This document shows positions 38,171 to 53,041 of a DNA stretch of 64,000 bases, in pieces. The notes below the pieces were generated by a model. The model was not told where the DNA came from and did not search any database. It saw only the letters and a list, made by a program, of their open reading frames with translations. Position 1 is the first letter of the stretch. Every line of letters begins with the position of its first letter. The translations under genes were made by a program, and so were the position numbers. Where the stretch lies: assembly GCA_050084515.1 (NCBI GenBank), contig CM114271.1, forward strand, positions 11,656,001 through 11,720,000. The letters are read 5' to 3'. The stretch comes from Blasia pusilla (taxonomy: Eukaryota).

Positions 38171-39344
38171 TTGCGGCCAAACCCACGCAAAGCACGCACC
38201 GTAACGGTTGTCAATCCAATGGTCAACGGTCCCTGTCTCCCCAACGGTCTACCTTCGCACAACGGTCAAGTTCCAACGGCTCTGAAAGTACATAAGGACC
38301 AGCTTCAAGGCATTTCACTTTTCCTTTGTGCAATTTCATTTTCAGCGCTTCCTCCTGTGAAGTCCCCTGTTCACGATTTCTCCCAAACTTCCTTTCCATT
38401 TCCTCAGTCATTTTGACGGTTGGTGGTGAATCTCTTCACATACACCCCAAAACGGTTGGTGACCACCCCTCTAGAAGGTGACGACGGTTGGGTTTGATGT
38501 GATTTTGCTGAAAGGTAACAAAAATTCAAGACTCTACTGCACTCATCCATCGTTCGATCTAATCTTCTTGTCATCTCTCTTGGTTTGTGGACATTGATCA
38601 CTTTGAGGATGACTCAGAAAAAAATCCCAAGCCAACAAGGTTGGGAGCTTTTCTCCCAGGCCCTCCGGAACTCCTTCATCCGCTTCAGTTGGCCGACGCT
38701 CGGCCGCAGACGTAAGGCTAGAGGAGATCGAGGAGCGCGAGGGGAAAACCAAAATGCGGAAGCAAGAGTTGGTGGTAAAGCTTGCTCTTGAGAAGATCGC
38801 AAAGCAAGAAGCAAGGCAAGAAGCGAAAATGCTCGCGGAGTCGGAGAAGGCGGAGAAGAGACGGATGGCGGATGCAATGAAGCAAAAGAAGCAGGAGGAA
38901 GCCGCCTACAGGAAAGCAAAATTGGCCAAAGCCAAGGAGGAAAAGGTTGTGGCCGTGGAAGTGGAAACCCCCCAGCGCCCCATCAAGAGTGTTGAAATGG
39001 AGGAAATGTCCTCCATGAGGTCGAGCGGAACAATGAACGAGACCAATACCGACGACCTTCCAGAGAGCAACAAGGAGGCGAATAGAACCCGGAGTGTTGA
39101 GATAATGGAGATCTATGAAGGAGAAGAGTCTTCTTCTTGGCTAAACCCCGTGGAAGAAATCTACCTCTTTTTAACATGGAAGAGTTTCCAATGCAGTTAC
39201 ATGCTGTTGCTGTAGAGTAGCTTTCTGGCCTCCACACCGACTCAATTTTCCAGAGGGTAAGAAATATTCGATAGTTGTTTCTGCGAACTCAATGGCTTTC
39301 ATTGAAGGAAACAACTGTAATTGATATTTTTGACATTTGCGTAG

Positions 39345-41953
39345 GTTGTGCAGCAAATGAAGCAAACGCTTTGCTCTCTCTACTGTTTATCTAACTCTAG
39401 TGCTCAACAATATCTATATATAGATTTTCCTTCATATTATTGTTGGAGTAAGAAGACAGGGATTCCTAGGATACAAAATATAAATGGTTGTGGTCATCCC
39501 ATTAGCCGCTTATACCTTACTCATCCAGGTAAATACTAGAAAATCCTTTATAAATAATTTTCTTTTATATACCGACCTCAACAAATAGTGTATTTATATC
39601 GGGATGAGTTAATTATTCTACTTCTTCATAGGTGAAGGAGAACATCATTGGTTGAGATTACTCTTCCATCATGTTCGAGGAGCAACTACATATGAATGCT
39701 TAAAAACTGTTCATGGGGTAAAATGTTCAACTTTTAAGGAGGCTCCTATCCAACTGGGACTTCTTGAGGATGATAGAGAAGTCTTCTCTTACTTTGAAGA
39801 AGCTTCTTTGATCCGTACAAGTTCTTCACATTGCCGTCTTTTTGCATTTATTCTAGTGTACAACACACTTGCTGAACCTGCAAGACTACGGAGTCAATGC
39901 TTGGTTCCATTGGTAGAAGATCTCTTATATGAGAAATGTCATATAAGAATTCATTATATCATTCATTTTCCTCCTAATAGTATCCTCTATTAAGTATTCA
40001 ACATTCCTAATTGTATCTTCTATCATTCAACCTACTAACCATGATTTGGGACATTTTTGGAACTCTCCAATTGTAGAAAACAAGACTTTCTAATCCTCCC
40101 GTTGATGATGCCATAGTTATTATTGCATTTTTGGAAGTTCATTGTTATTTACAAGATCAAGGAAATAGACTGTCTGAATTTCCACACATGCCCCAAGCTA
40201 ATTTCCAGAGCATTCATTCACATTCATATTTGGAGGAACAAGAGCTATTATATGATACGAAAGAATTATTTGAGCAAGTGCAATTGGGAGAAGCGTATCT
40301 TAATGAAGGACAACGTATTATTTGGGACGCTATACATGATGAGCTTGATCAAATATGTGCGAATGCTCTATCATCTCCGAAAGTATTTTTCAATGACAGT
40401 CCAAGTGGAACGGGAAAAACCTTTTTATATAATTTTCTCCTTGCAAGTATAAGGAGTGCAAGAGGTATAGCTTTGGCCATAGCGTCATCTGAAATACATG
40501 CTCTATTGTTAGTCGGAGGATGTATTACTCATTCATGCTTCAAGATCCCCATCAATCTTCATGAGAGCCCTACTTGTAAGTAAGTGCCATTAGTCATTCT
40601 AACTAGCTTGAATTATGTTCATACAGAAATTTGAATTACTCCAAGTATTACAACTTCCAATATACTTCCATTTTTTGTTTGTAGTTTATCAGTGGATAGT
40701 GATGGAGCGCGCTTAATACATGTTGTAATACTCATTATATGGGATGAAGCACCTATGGCTCATCGTCATGCATTTGAAGCCGTAAAATCAAACTCTACGA
40801 GATATGATGGGAGTTGTTTCAGATGATCTACGTCAAATACCATTTGGTGGAAAACTTATGGTATTTGGTGGTGATTTTTGTCAAGTGTTGCATATTGTTA
40901 GTCATGGGGATCGGCCTCAAATCATCCAAGCCACCATAAAGAGGTCATCTCTTTGGTCTAATGTGAAGGTCATGAAGTTGACAACAAGCATGCGAGTTCA
41001 AAGATTGGAAAGTCATTTGCTCAATGAACAACAAGCGTTTGCTGATTGCTTATTGGAAGTGGGAGAGGGTCGTATACCTTTGCATCCTCATTTGGGAGAA
41101 GACTTTATACGATTACCATCGGAAATTGTTACTGAAAGTAACAAGATATGCGATCTTATTGATATGATCTATGGCAATTTTCCTAACCGATTCCATGACA
41201 TTGATTTCTTGAGAGATACAACTATTTTGACTTTGAGAGAAATAAATATGTTGACGACATAAATACAGACGCTATGTCTCGGTTTCCTAGAGAGGTATAT
41301 ATTCTTAACATATATTTGTTTTCTTATGGGAATTTTATTTTTGGGAAGTTTGTATATTAAAAATATTTTTTCTCACAAATTCATTGAATATTGTGTAAAT
41401 GAGCATATTTACCTCAACGTCGACTCTATTCCGAATGAGGGGATGAATCATATCTATCCAACTGAATTTTTGAACACATGCTTGCCATTTTGACTTCCTC
41501 TCGATCATTTGTGTTTGAAGATTGGTGCACCAATCATGCTGTTATGAAATATGAACACATGGACAAGCAAACGGAATAAGATTGGCGATTCATGGATCTA
41601 TGCAACATTGCATTGATGCTGAGATTATCATCGGGAAGAATATTTGCGATCGAGTCTTTATTCCATGTATCCCATTGATTGCACCAGATTTAGGTTTGCC
41701 ATTTGATTTAAGGAGGTTTTAGTTCCCTATTCGACCAGCTTTTGCTATGACTATTAATAAGTCTCAATGTCAAACTTTGCAAAAGGTTGGCATTTACTTG
41801 CCTACTCCAGTATTTTCTCATGATCAATTATATGTAGCGTTATCTAGGGTAGGGAAGAGAACTTCGATCCACATTACCATTGGAAGCGATGAACATTCAA
41901 ATATGGAAGGTGACTACACATGAAATATAGTGTATAAAGAGATACTTGAATGA
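39345..41953 (+). pseudogene. Helitron-type PIF1 helicase (3' part of RepHel), decayed, with introns
   Basis: LRLLFHHVRGATTY, LGLLEDD, Walker [56 protein letters not shown] and NIVYKEIL. No Rep motifs seen. Confidence 0.9.
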
Positions 41954-42277
41954 AATAAATTTTGATGAGGCACCTGATATTTAGTAGCATGAGCAATGAG
42001 ATCCTCATGATCTTCTCTTTTCGGTCATATGGATGACAGCGATTGCATGGAGATTCCCTCACGATAGTGCAATCTACCCTTCCACGTAAAGATCACGACA
42101 CTCGCTTCACTTCTTATAACTTTATTTTTTGAATATTTTTCTTTTCTTGTATTTATTAAACCCATATTTCCATAAAAATGTAGAAATGTAGTCATACGGA
42201 AAACGGCCGGCAGTTTTTAAGCGTGACGGCTGTTTTCCCGTCGAGAGAAGGTAATCGGCGGTCGTTAGGTTAGCTGA

Positions 42278-42286
42278 TTAGGGTTT
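42278..42286 (-). promoter_or_regulatory. Telo-box (AAACCCTAA) in the RPS3 promoter
   Basis: TTAGGGTTT about 135 bp upstream of the ATG and a pyrimidine-rich leader; typical of plant ribosomal protein genes. Confidence 0.7.
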
Positions 42287-42418
42287 TATTGAAAAGGCCT
42301 GCGCCGCAGAAACTCCCTCCTTTCCGTGCTGTTGTCCTGTTTTCACTCCCCCTTACTCTCCCCTCTCCCACGCTACTCGGACGGAGCGATTTTGCTCGGT
42401 TCCAGCCATTCGGCAAAC

Positions 42419-44292
<1,874 letters not shown>

Positions 44293-47039
44293 GGAGGTTA
44301 CTTCAAACTTGGGATGCCTCACTTTTTGACTCACTCTATTGTTCCGAAGAGTATGCTGAAGGCATGACCTACACTCCTACATTGATCGGTTTTGTAATCG
44401 TGGTTGGCAATTGTTGGACTTTTTCTCAACAACTCTTCATGAACTTGCAGTTTTCTCTTGCTTAGAATATTTTATGATTTTTATTACCTTACCGTGCAGT
44501 TTCTCACACATGGTTTGTAAGGCAGCTTGGATTACTCTCTGGTGAACTGACGTTTATCAATTTCTAGCCGTTGAATTTAAACCTTGTGATTCTATGTTGC
44601 ATTCTGAGTTGCTTGCCCAATGATCATGATATGCGACCATAATGTGATACAATAGCAGGAGACATGACAATTACGTGAGTGGAATCCATCTGAATGTGAG
44701 AACTATATCCGAAAATTTCATGTGGAATACGTCACTCTAGTCCCTAATACAAAATCCCGAACATGCATAGTACAATATGTTGTGAAGTAGATTGAACTCT
44801 GGTAATTAGAGTGGAGGGAAAATAGTTATACGGGGAAGTAGCCAAGTAGCCCCAGTTACCTAGCATGATGTAGGGTGGATCACACCCATTTCTCCTGTAA
44901 CGTGGTATTGTAAAATGGGTATCATGTGTAAAATTGCGTCCCACTATATGTGATAATATCAAGACATTTCTGCGCTATAGATTCTCTTGATATGTAACGG
45001 AGGTAACTCACTCGAATGGTTCATTCTTGTTTTCGTTATTCCAAAATTCGCAAAATGGGTGATTTGCGAATTTTGCAGAGGACGGTCTTGATTGAAGCAA
45101 AGTACCTTTACCCATAGATGAAAAAGACAAGCAATAATGACCAAACTGAAGCAAAGGTATCAATTCAAAGGTATGTGAGATGGAGAAAATGAAGAATGGC
45201 CAACTGAAAGAAGGAAACTGGCTCATGATGGAAAACTTTTTCATCAATGAAAGATAAAAGCCTTAAGTTAGGGGAATGGTTGGCACTAAACAAGCCGAAT
45301 GTGTCAAAATTCCACTTTGAACAAAAAAAATATGAATACTTTTCCTTGTATAGAAGATTGATGTAAAGTTTCTCATAAACAGATGCATCTATCCTACTAA
45401 ATGTATTTCAATCCTACTAAAATAGCATATGAAATCTGGCGCGTCCGCGAAATATAGCGAAGGAAAAATAAAAAATATGAGTAAGGTGGAATGTTTCCAG
45501 TATTATGACGATTAGCGGAGGTTAGTACCGAAGGCAAATCAGAAATTGAGAAGAATTGAGTTTAGAAGATTCAGTTGTTAAAGAGGATGGAATCGGGGAT
45601 GGAATTAGCATTTGATACTCCATTGTCTCAGGTTATAAGCTTTGATCCTGAAATACATTTAGGACAAATAAGTTAGCATTGGAAAACTTATGCAAAATCG
45701 ATTCCAACACATCAAACTATTTGACAAACACATAGTCAGAGATAAAATCCAGAAATTGACGGCTAGAAAGAATGGCCTGAAAGTACTTTCCCAAAGGTAG
45801 GGGGAGGTAAGAGAATCCCATAAGTATATATAAGGGGGAGAGTCTCAAAGAGTGTTTAGGATCTGAATTCCACTTTGGAGACTCACGAGGCGAACCAAGG
45901 GTACAAAATGGATTGGGAGGTTGACGTTGGAGTGCGAACACCAAGCCAAGTCCAAGTGAATGAATTTCGGAGGTCACCTTTGGATTCCAACCCGTGATTC
46001 AATTCTTGGTCTCCATTAGGGACTCAAGGGAGGTCCATCGGACAATTGGGACCGCTACAGGTTTCAGCGTTGTTTTCGGTGCTTAAACTATCCAGGAAGT
46101 CCCAAGTCTAAGAAGACTTGCCCATATTGGGAAGTGAGGAGTTAGGACTTGTTGAGTTTGATGAATGGCCTGAGTTAAGAACTCAGGGAGTTGGAAGGCT
46201 TGTTGACTTAAATCGAGACTAATGAGAATGAGTTTGGGTAGAAATCAACAAAGTGAACATGATCTACTAAACGAACGCTTATGCAACATTGAAGATTAAT
46301 GTTCAAGAGAAGTAGGTGCACGATAGATAATTCAAAAGGTCTTCAAAATAGTCACCATAGATGCTATTTGTTTCTTTCCAAGCTGACTTAGGAGCATTGT
46401 ATATTCCATTTTGGTAGGACATTTGCATTGACGTATTGGGTTGTCTCAAATGTTGTGCAATCATGAGACAAGCTACTCGCATTCAATTAAAGAAAGTTTT
46501 CCACAATTTTTGATGAGTTTGATGTTGCGCTCGACTATTAGTGCTCACTCAACTCCGGAGCGAAGCACTGTGCATGTGTAGCAAAGACACACTTGGTGGC
46601 TAAATTATGTGAGAAGACTCAACAAGTGGAAAAATTCAATTTTGAGACTTAAGTGGCCGTGAAATTATTAAAGACAACTCACCAAGTGCCAAAATGTTTT
46701 GGGGAGACACAGTTGGCGGCTAAATTCCGTGATAAAACTCAACAAGTGTCAAAATTCATTGATGAGATGTAGGTGGCAGGTAAATTCTTTGGGAAAATGG
46801 TGGAGACCAAGTTGGTAGCTACATTTGGTGAAAAGTTGGTAGGTTTCGAACCCATTTTTCTCTCGATTGATTTGATTGAAGAGACCCACAAAGTTGCTAA
46901 TCTTTGGCATTCCTAATCGGCAGTTAAATTCATCGAGAAGACCTAGGTGGTGGCTAGAATCAGTGTGAGTGTTCCAGTAGAAGACTCTTTGGGGGCTAAA
47001 CACAATCCTTGTCTTCTAGCGCCTAAACTCTCTAATAAC

Positions 47040-47230
47040 AAAGAGAGGGAGAAGAGTTTCCGAAGGGTTGTTGGGTCGGATTCATGCCATTCTAAGAACA
47101 AGAAATAAACCATGCAGATTTTATTGCCTCTATTTTGGATGGAAATGCCAACACCATCATATTGGCATATGGCATTTTTCCTCACAAGCATAATGAGGAT
47201 TGGGAGTGGTTTTTTTGGCATGCCAGGAAA
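47040..47230 (+). pseudogene. MuDR-type transposase core fragment
   Basis: VVGSDSCHSKNK...(frameshift)...FIASILDGNANTIILAYGIF...NEDWEWFF resembles the MULE core DG-H-K...D-N...PLA...W-WF pattern. Confidence 0.65.
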
Positions 47231-47269
47231 GCAATTCCATCACTTGGTGATCTTCATTAAATCCCTCCT

Positions 47270-47745
47270 CATCTTCAACCATTCAGATTGGCCAGTTAGC
47301 TCTCCATGCTCAAACCAAAAATGGAAGACCGATTTTAGGGTTTACGATTTTTAATTCCATGTGTGAGTGGTCATTTGAAGTTTTTTCTTTTTCGTTCTGT
47401 TTTTGGGTTAGAAGTGCCATCCTCAAAAAAGTTTCATGATTTTTGGGTCCCATGTGGAGGGTACGGGGTACAAAAAGACACACCAAGAAGGAGGAAGAGG
47501 GCATTGAGGAGGATTCTTTCGAGTCCTTGTGGCATTTTCATGTTATGAGGGAGTTAACTTTTGGTTGCACCATTGGATGGTGATGAAACATGGCACACAC
47601 CAAGGCCTTAAGTCCCTCCACATGTTCAATGATTCAGATTGGCCAGTTAGCTCTCTATGCTCAGACCAAAAATGAAAGACCAAATTTAGGGTTTACGATT
47701 TTTAGTTCTATGTGTGAGTGATCATTTGAAGTTTTTTCTTTTTTG
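47270..47745. repeat. ~115-bp direct repeat (about 47280-47392 and 47632-47744)
   Basis: ATTCAGATTGGCCAGTTAGCTCT...TGTGTGAGTG.TCATTTGAAGTTTTTTCTTTTT occurs twice. Confidence 0.85.
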
Positions 47746-48113
47746 GGGGCAAAGGTTGTTAAAAAACTTTCCATGTCACGAATGTTGATGTGGCATAGAA
47801 GAGAATGATGATGTGGCATGGAATATTTAGGGTCCCACTAGTTGTTTCGTCCCGAAGTGTGTGTGTGGCGGGAGAGAGTGAGCAGAGAGTGCAGGGGAGT
47901 CTGCAACGTTAGAAACGTTCGGAGTTCTCCAGGCGGGAGTGGAGAGTTTGGAGGTTGGGAGTGGGAAGTTTGAAGATCAGGGGAGTGGGGTGGTCGAACT
48001 GGAGAGGTCGAGATCAAGTGGGAAGTTCGAGTCCTTTCACGATAAGTGTGCAAATTTTGAACGGCGTTTTGCAAACGAGAGTTACAAAGTGCAACTTTCT
48101 TGGCCGCGGTTAG

Positions 48114-48230
<117 letters not shown>

Positions 48231-48860
48231 GGCAGGTGCGTGGATCAAATTGTTACGTGACCCTAAGATAAGAACGACCTAGGTGCTGACGGCAGTCATG
48301 TGAGTTTGAGCAGATCGCATTTGAGACGGCAAGGAAGACCTTGGTAAGGAGCAAGTAGATTCCTCAATGTGTGTTTCAGCATATCGCAATTAGACGACAA
48401 GGAAGATCTTGGTAAGGAGTAAGTAGATTCCTCAATGTGGCTGACTTACATTTCGGGAACTTCTACATCCTCTTCTATCGTAGTGTATGTCATTAATTAT
48501 GCACTTTATTGTACTTTTTTCCCTGACATAGCACTTCCTTGCTTGCCACACAATATAACTCTTTCTTCGTCAAAAGGCTGCTACAGTTATGTTTTCTTTG
48601 CGATATGGAGGGTATCTATTTTTAGTAGAGTTTTCGAATGAATAATGGGCCCTAGAAAAAATTTAGTGCTGAAGTAATGGGATTTCTTTAAATACTCTCT
48701 TAGGCAACTAAAAAGATTGCTTGTAGTACCAGGGAATGCTAAAGCACCAATTGATCCAGAGTGCAATAAGGGAGTGCAGTAGTAATACGTATTGCATGAG
48801 GTATGCTTTACGTTGTCACATCTAAATAAAATAGATGAAGTAAAGTCACGCTATGGAACT

Positions 48861-49016
48861 TAGGCTATCGAGCTGGCTTCAGAGATCCTCTCGAACGTTT
48901 CCAAGACATGGATAAGTATGTATTCTAAATTGATGACACGCTAAAGGCGTTGGAAATGGGAGCAGTGTAGACGTTGATCGTGCGGGAAAGTTTAGAGGTG
49001 AACCGATACCTGTTCA
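48861..49016 (+). pseudogene. Fragment of eukaryotic release factor 1 (eRF1)
   Basis: *AIELASEILSNV [deletion] QDMDKYVF*IDDTLKALEMGAV*TLIVRESLEVNRYL matches the start of eRF1 domain 3. Confidence 0.85.
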
Positions 49017-49069
49017 GAGGATAATTCTCAAGGAGTAACTGCTTCTGAGGGCATCATGCCTTATATATA

Positions 49070-52000
49070 TGTTGGATTCTCAACATCCACTTCTCTGAGC
49101 ACAATTAATCAGATTAGCCCCCTTATATGAAGAGAAGCCTAGATTGATGGTTTCGATTTAGATGTCGAAGGAGTCATAGTAATATGACGTAGGTGGTTTC
49201 AGGAGTAGCGTTACTAGGATTATCTAACCCTATATTGCATCAGGGTGCGGGGCACCGCACCCTGATGCAAAAATTTTCTATTTATAGAAATAAAGAAAAA
49301 TAGGTTAAAACCCTAGTTTCCCGAGTAGTAAAATAGTCGGGAGCCGCGGCGGTAGTGCATTCTCGTATGTCAAGTTATCTCCATGTTCAGGTTCCATCGA
49401 AGCTCTTTTGTGAGCGCACGGGCGGACTAGGCCACTTTGTATCTCTAAGTTATATAAAGATTTCAGTATTTCGTCACTTTTTTTTTCTCACATGGTATCA
49501 GGGCAATAGGTTTTCTAGTATTTTGTATTTGGCAATCTAGTGTGTTTGCACAAAATATTGAGAGATGGCTACTTCTTCGTCAGTTCGTGCTCGCCCTTCT
49601 CTGCAGGGTGAAGGGAAGTTAGATTGGTCTAACTATACATTGTGGAAGTTCAAAATGAGAACTGTCCTCGAGTCGTTTCAAGAAAACTGGAGCAGTCATT
49701 GAGGATGCCAATGGGAAATTAGTGGGTGAAGGTATACGACGTGGAAATATCTACAAGTTGTATGCTTTCACGACAAGTGTAGGTACAGATCTTAGGAGCA
49801 GTAAGTTATGGTATAAAAGATTTGGTCACCTAAGCTTTCCCTTACTAAGTCAGATGCAGAAATCTGGCATGGTTGTTGATTTACCAATAATTTCTGGAGT
49901 GTCGGATACATGTGAAGCTTGTATAATGGGCAAGCAGCACTGAAAACCATTTCCACAAGAGTATAGCAATAGAGCAAAGGCTCCTCTAGAGATGATTCAT
50001 GTTGATCTCTGTGGTAAAATGAGAAGAGTGGCATTAGGTGGTTCTTCCTACTTCTTTTTAGTTGTCGACGATTATAGTAGGAAGATGTGGGTTTATTTCC
50101 TTCGTGAGAAGGCAAGTGCTTTTGGAAAATTTAAAGTATGGCAGAAGTTGGTTGAGAATGAGACAGGAAAAAAGGTACAAAAGCTTCGCACTGATTGAGG
50201 AGGAGAATTCTTATCAACAGAATTCAACAAATATTTGGGGGAGCATGGAATCAAGGGATAATTAACCACGGCACATACATCACAACAAAATGGAGTTGTT
50301 GAGCGTCAAAACCGTACAGTGGTGGAGGTGGCAAGATGTATGATGAAAGCAAAAGGTTTGACAAAAGGATTTTGGGCTCAAGCTGTTAATACTGCCATTT
50401 ACATTCTAAATAGAAGTGCTACCAAGTCAGTGCAAAGCATGACTCCTCGTCAATCATACTCAAGTAAGATACCATCAGTCCAGCATTTCAGGACTTTTGG
50501 TAGTGAGTGCTTGTACATATATTTGAAGCATCCAGGACCAAGCTGAAGTCCAAGAGCAAGAAGTGCATCTTTATGGGATACAATGATGAGTCTAAAGCTT
50601 ATTGCCTATGGTGTCTTGAGGCAAAGGAGATGCTTGTAATTTGTGATGTGGTGTTCCACGAACAGCCTCGTCAAATGGCGGATATCAGTGGTCCATCCAC
50701 ATTATCATCAAACAAAGAGATAACCCATCAGAGCACACCACCTATGTTTACACCAGATCATCAAGAAGAAGAATTTGGTGATGATTACAAAGAGCAACCT
50801 GCTCTTCCACTAACCTAAGTAGATAAAGCAACTCTTGGATGCTAAGGATCCACCAGCAACTGATGAAGTTGTTACACATCGAAGGAGATCCAAGAGACTA
50901 GAGGAGCAAAATAGAGTTTCCGCACATCTCGTCAACATGGCCTTGATGACAGAGCTCTTGAAGGTGGAAGAGCCATCATGCTTGGATGAGGCCCTTGCTC
51001 ATCCTTAATGGGAAGAGGCCATGCAGATGGAGATGGACGCTATTCAGAGAAATGAAACTTGGACTTTGGTTGAGAAGCCAAAGGACAGGAAGATAATACA
51101 CACCAAGTGGGTGTACAAGACCAAGTACAAGTCGGATGGTACATTGGATAAATTCAAAGCGAGGTTGGTTGCACAAGGATGCTCACAAATCAAAAGTTTT
51201 GACTACTATGAGACTTTTTCTCCTACTGCAAGGATGACAACCATTCGAATTGTTCTAGTGGTTGTAGGAACAAGACGTTGGCCTATATACCAATACGATG
51301 TGAAGTCTGCCTTTCTAAACAAGAGTCTCAAGAAGGAGTTGTATGTATCTCAACCACCAGGTTTTGAGACACTCGGATCCGAAGAAAAATTATGTTTACT
51401 TCATCGAGCATTGTATGGGTTGAAGCAAGCCCCAAGGGTATGGTATCAACGAATAGATACATTCTTCCGGGAGAAGGGTCTCATCAATAGTCCGAAAGAA
51501 GCAAATTTGTATGTGTTTTGCGAAGATGGGATGTATATGTTGATGTGGTGTATGTGGATGATCTTATCATCACAAGAGACCACAGTAAGAAAATAGAGGA
51601 AATGAAGGGAGTGTTGAAATCTGAGTTTGAAATGTCAGATTTAGGTCTGTTGCATTACTTTATACGGTTGGAGATTTGGCAACAGTCAAATTCTATTTTT
51701 CTCTCTCAGCAAAAGTATGTTAGAGAAATCTTGAAGGCATTCGGGATGACCGAGTGTAAGGAAGTGGTCTTGCCAATGGAGGTAGAGTTGAAACTCTCGA
51801 TGGAGGATATTTCACCATTGGTAGAAGAAAAGTTGTACAAAAAGCTTATAGGCAGTTTCATATTTTTGTGTAACACTAGACCAGACATTAGCTTCACTGT
51901 GGGAGTGTTGAGTAGGTTCTCAACTAAGCCTCCGGAGAACCATTGGAAGGGAGGGATGCGTGTGCTGAAGTACATCAAAGGCACTATCGAGTACGACATC

Positions 52001-52913
52001 ACCTATGGAGCAGGGATGGAAATGACACCTTTTTGTGACTCGGATTGGACAAGAGATTCAGATTCTCGAAGATCAGTTTTGGGTTATTTCTTCTTGGTAG
52101 GATCAGGTGTGGTGTCATGGGTAAGCAAGAAGCAACCTACAGTGGCTCTTTCTTCTACCGAGGCAGAGTACAAGGCGGCTTGTTATGCGTCTTGTGAAGC
52201 AGTATGGTTGAGATGGATATTGGAGGACATAGGAGAAGTACGAGAAAGTGCTACTGTAATGTAGTGTGACAATCAGAGTTGCATTGCCATAGCACATAAT
52301 CTTGTGTTTCATGCTCTTACAAAGCACATAGAGATCCAGTATCATTTTGTTCGTGAATTGATCGAGTGAGAGGTTTTGAAGTTAGTCTATTGTCCAACAG
52401 AGGATAACCGTGCAGGATAACTTCACGAAAGCTTTGAGCGGAGATCAGCTTCACCGACATCTAAAGGGTCTTGGCATAGGTCCAAGAGAGTAGTCCACAT
52501 GAGAGTGGATATTGAGGGGGGGGGTGTTGGATTCTCAACATCCACTTGTATGAGGAGAAGCCTAGATTGATGGTTTTGACTTAGACGTCGGAGGAGTCAT
52601 AGTAATATGACGTAGGTGGTTACATGAGTAGCGTTACTAGGATTATCTAACCCTATATTGCATCAAGATGCACGGTATCCCGATGGAAAATTTTTCTATG
52701 AATAGAAACGAAGAAAAATAGGTAGAAACCCTAGTTTTCCCGAGTAGTGAAATAGTCAAGAGCCGCAGCAGTAGTGCATTCTCGTATGTCGAGTTATCTC
52801 CATGTTTAGGTTCCATTGAAGCTCTTCTGTGAGCGCACAGACGGACTAGGCCACTTTGTATCTCTAAGTTTTGTAAAGATTTCAGTGATTTTCTCACTTT
52901 CTATTTTTTCACA
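49070..52913 (+). mobile_element. Ty1/copia retrotransposon, family A; LTRs 49070-49492 and 52525-52913; gag/PR largely deleted
   Basis: TG...CA LTRs, PBS TGGTATCAGGGC, G-rich PPT, IHVDLCG, KARLVAQG, YVDD, ALSSTEAEY. Flanks ATATA and AAATA. Confidence 0.93.
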
Positions 52914-53041
52914 AAATATATCCAACCATGGAATTGGTTGAATTCGGCTCAAGTGGTGTTGTGTATCAGGTACAGGAGCAAAGGAAGACTCAAATATCGC
53001 GGAGGGGACCAAGATATTCACTCCTTCACCTACCAAGTATT

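Noticed and set aside
42030-42080. Helitron 3' hairpin (GATTGCA...TGCAATC)
   Set aside because: The loop is long and there is no convincing CTRR terminus.
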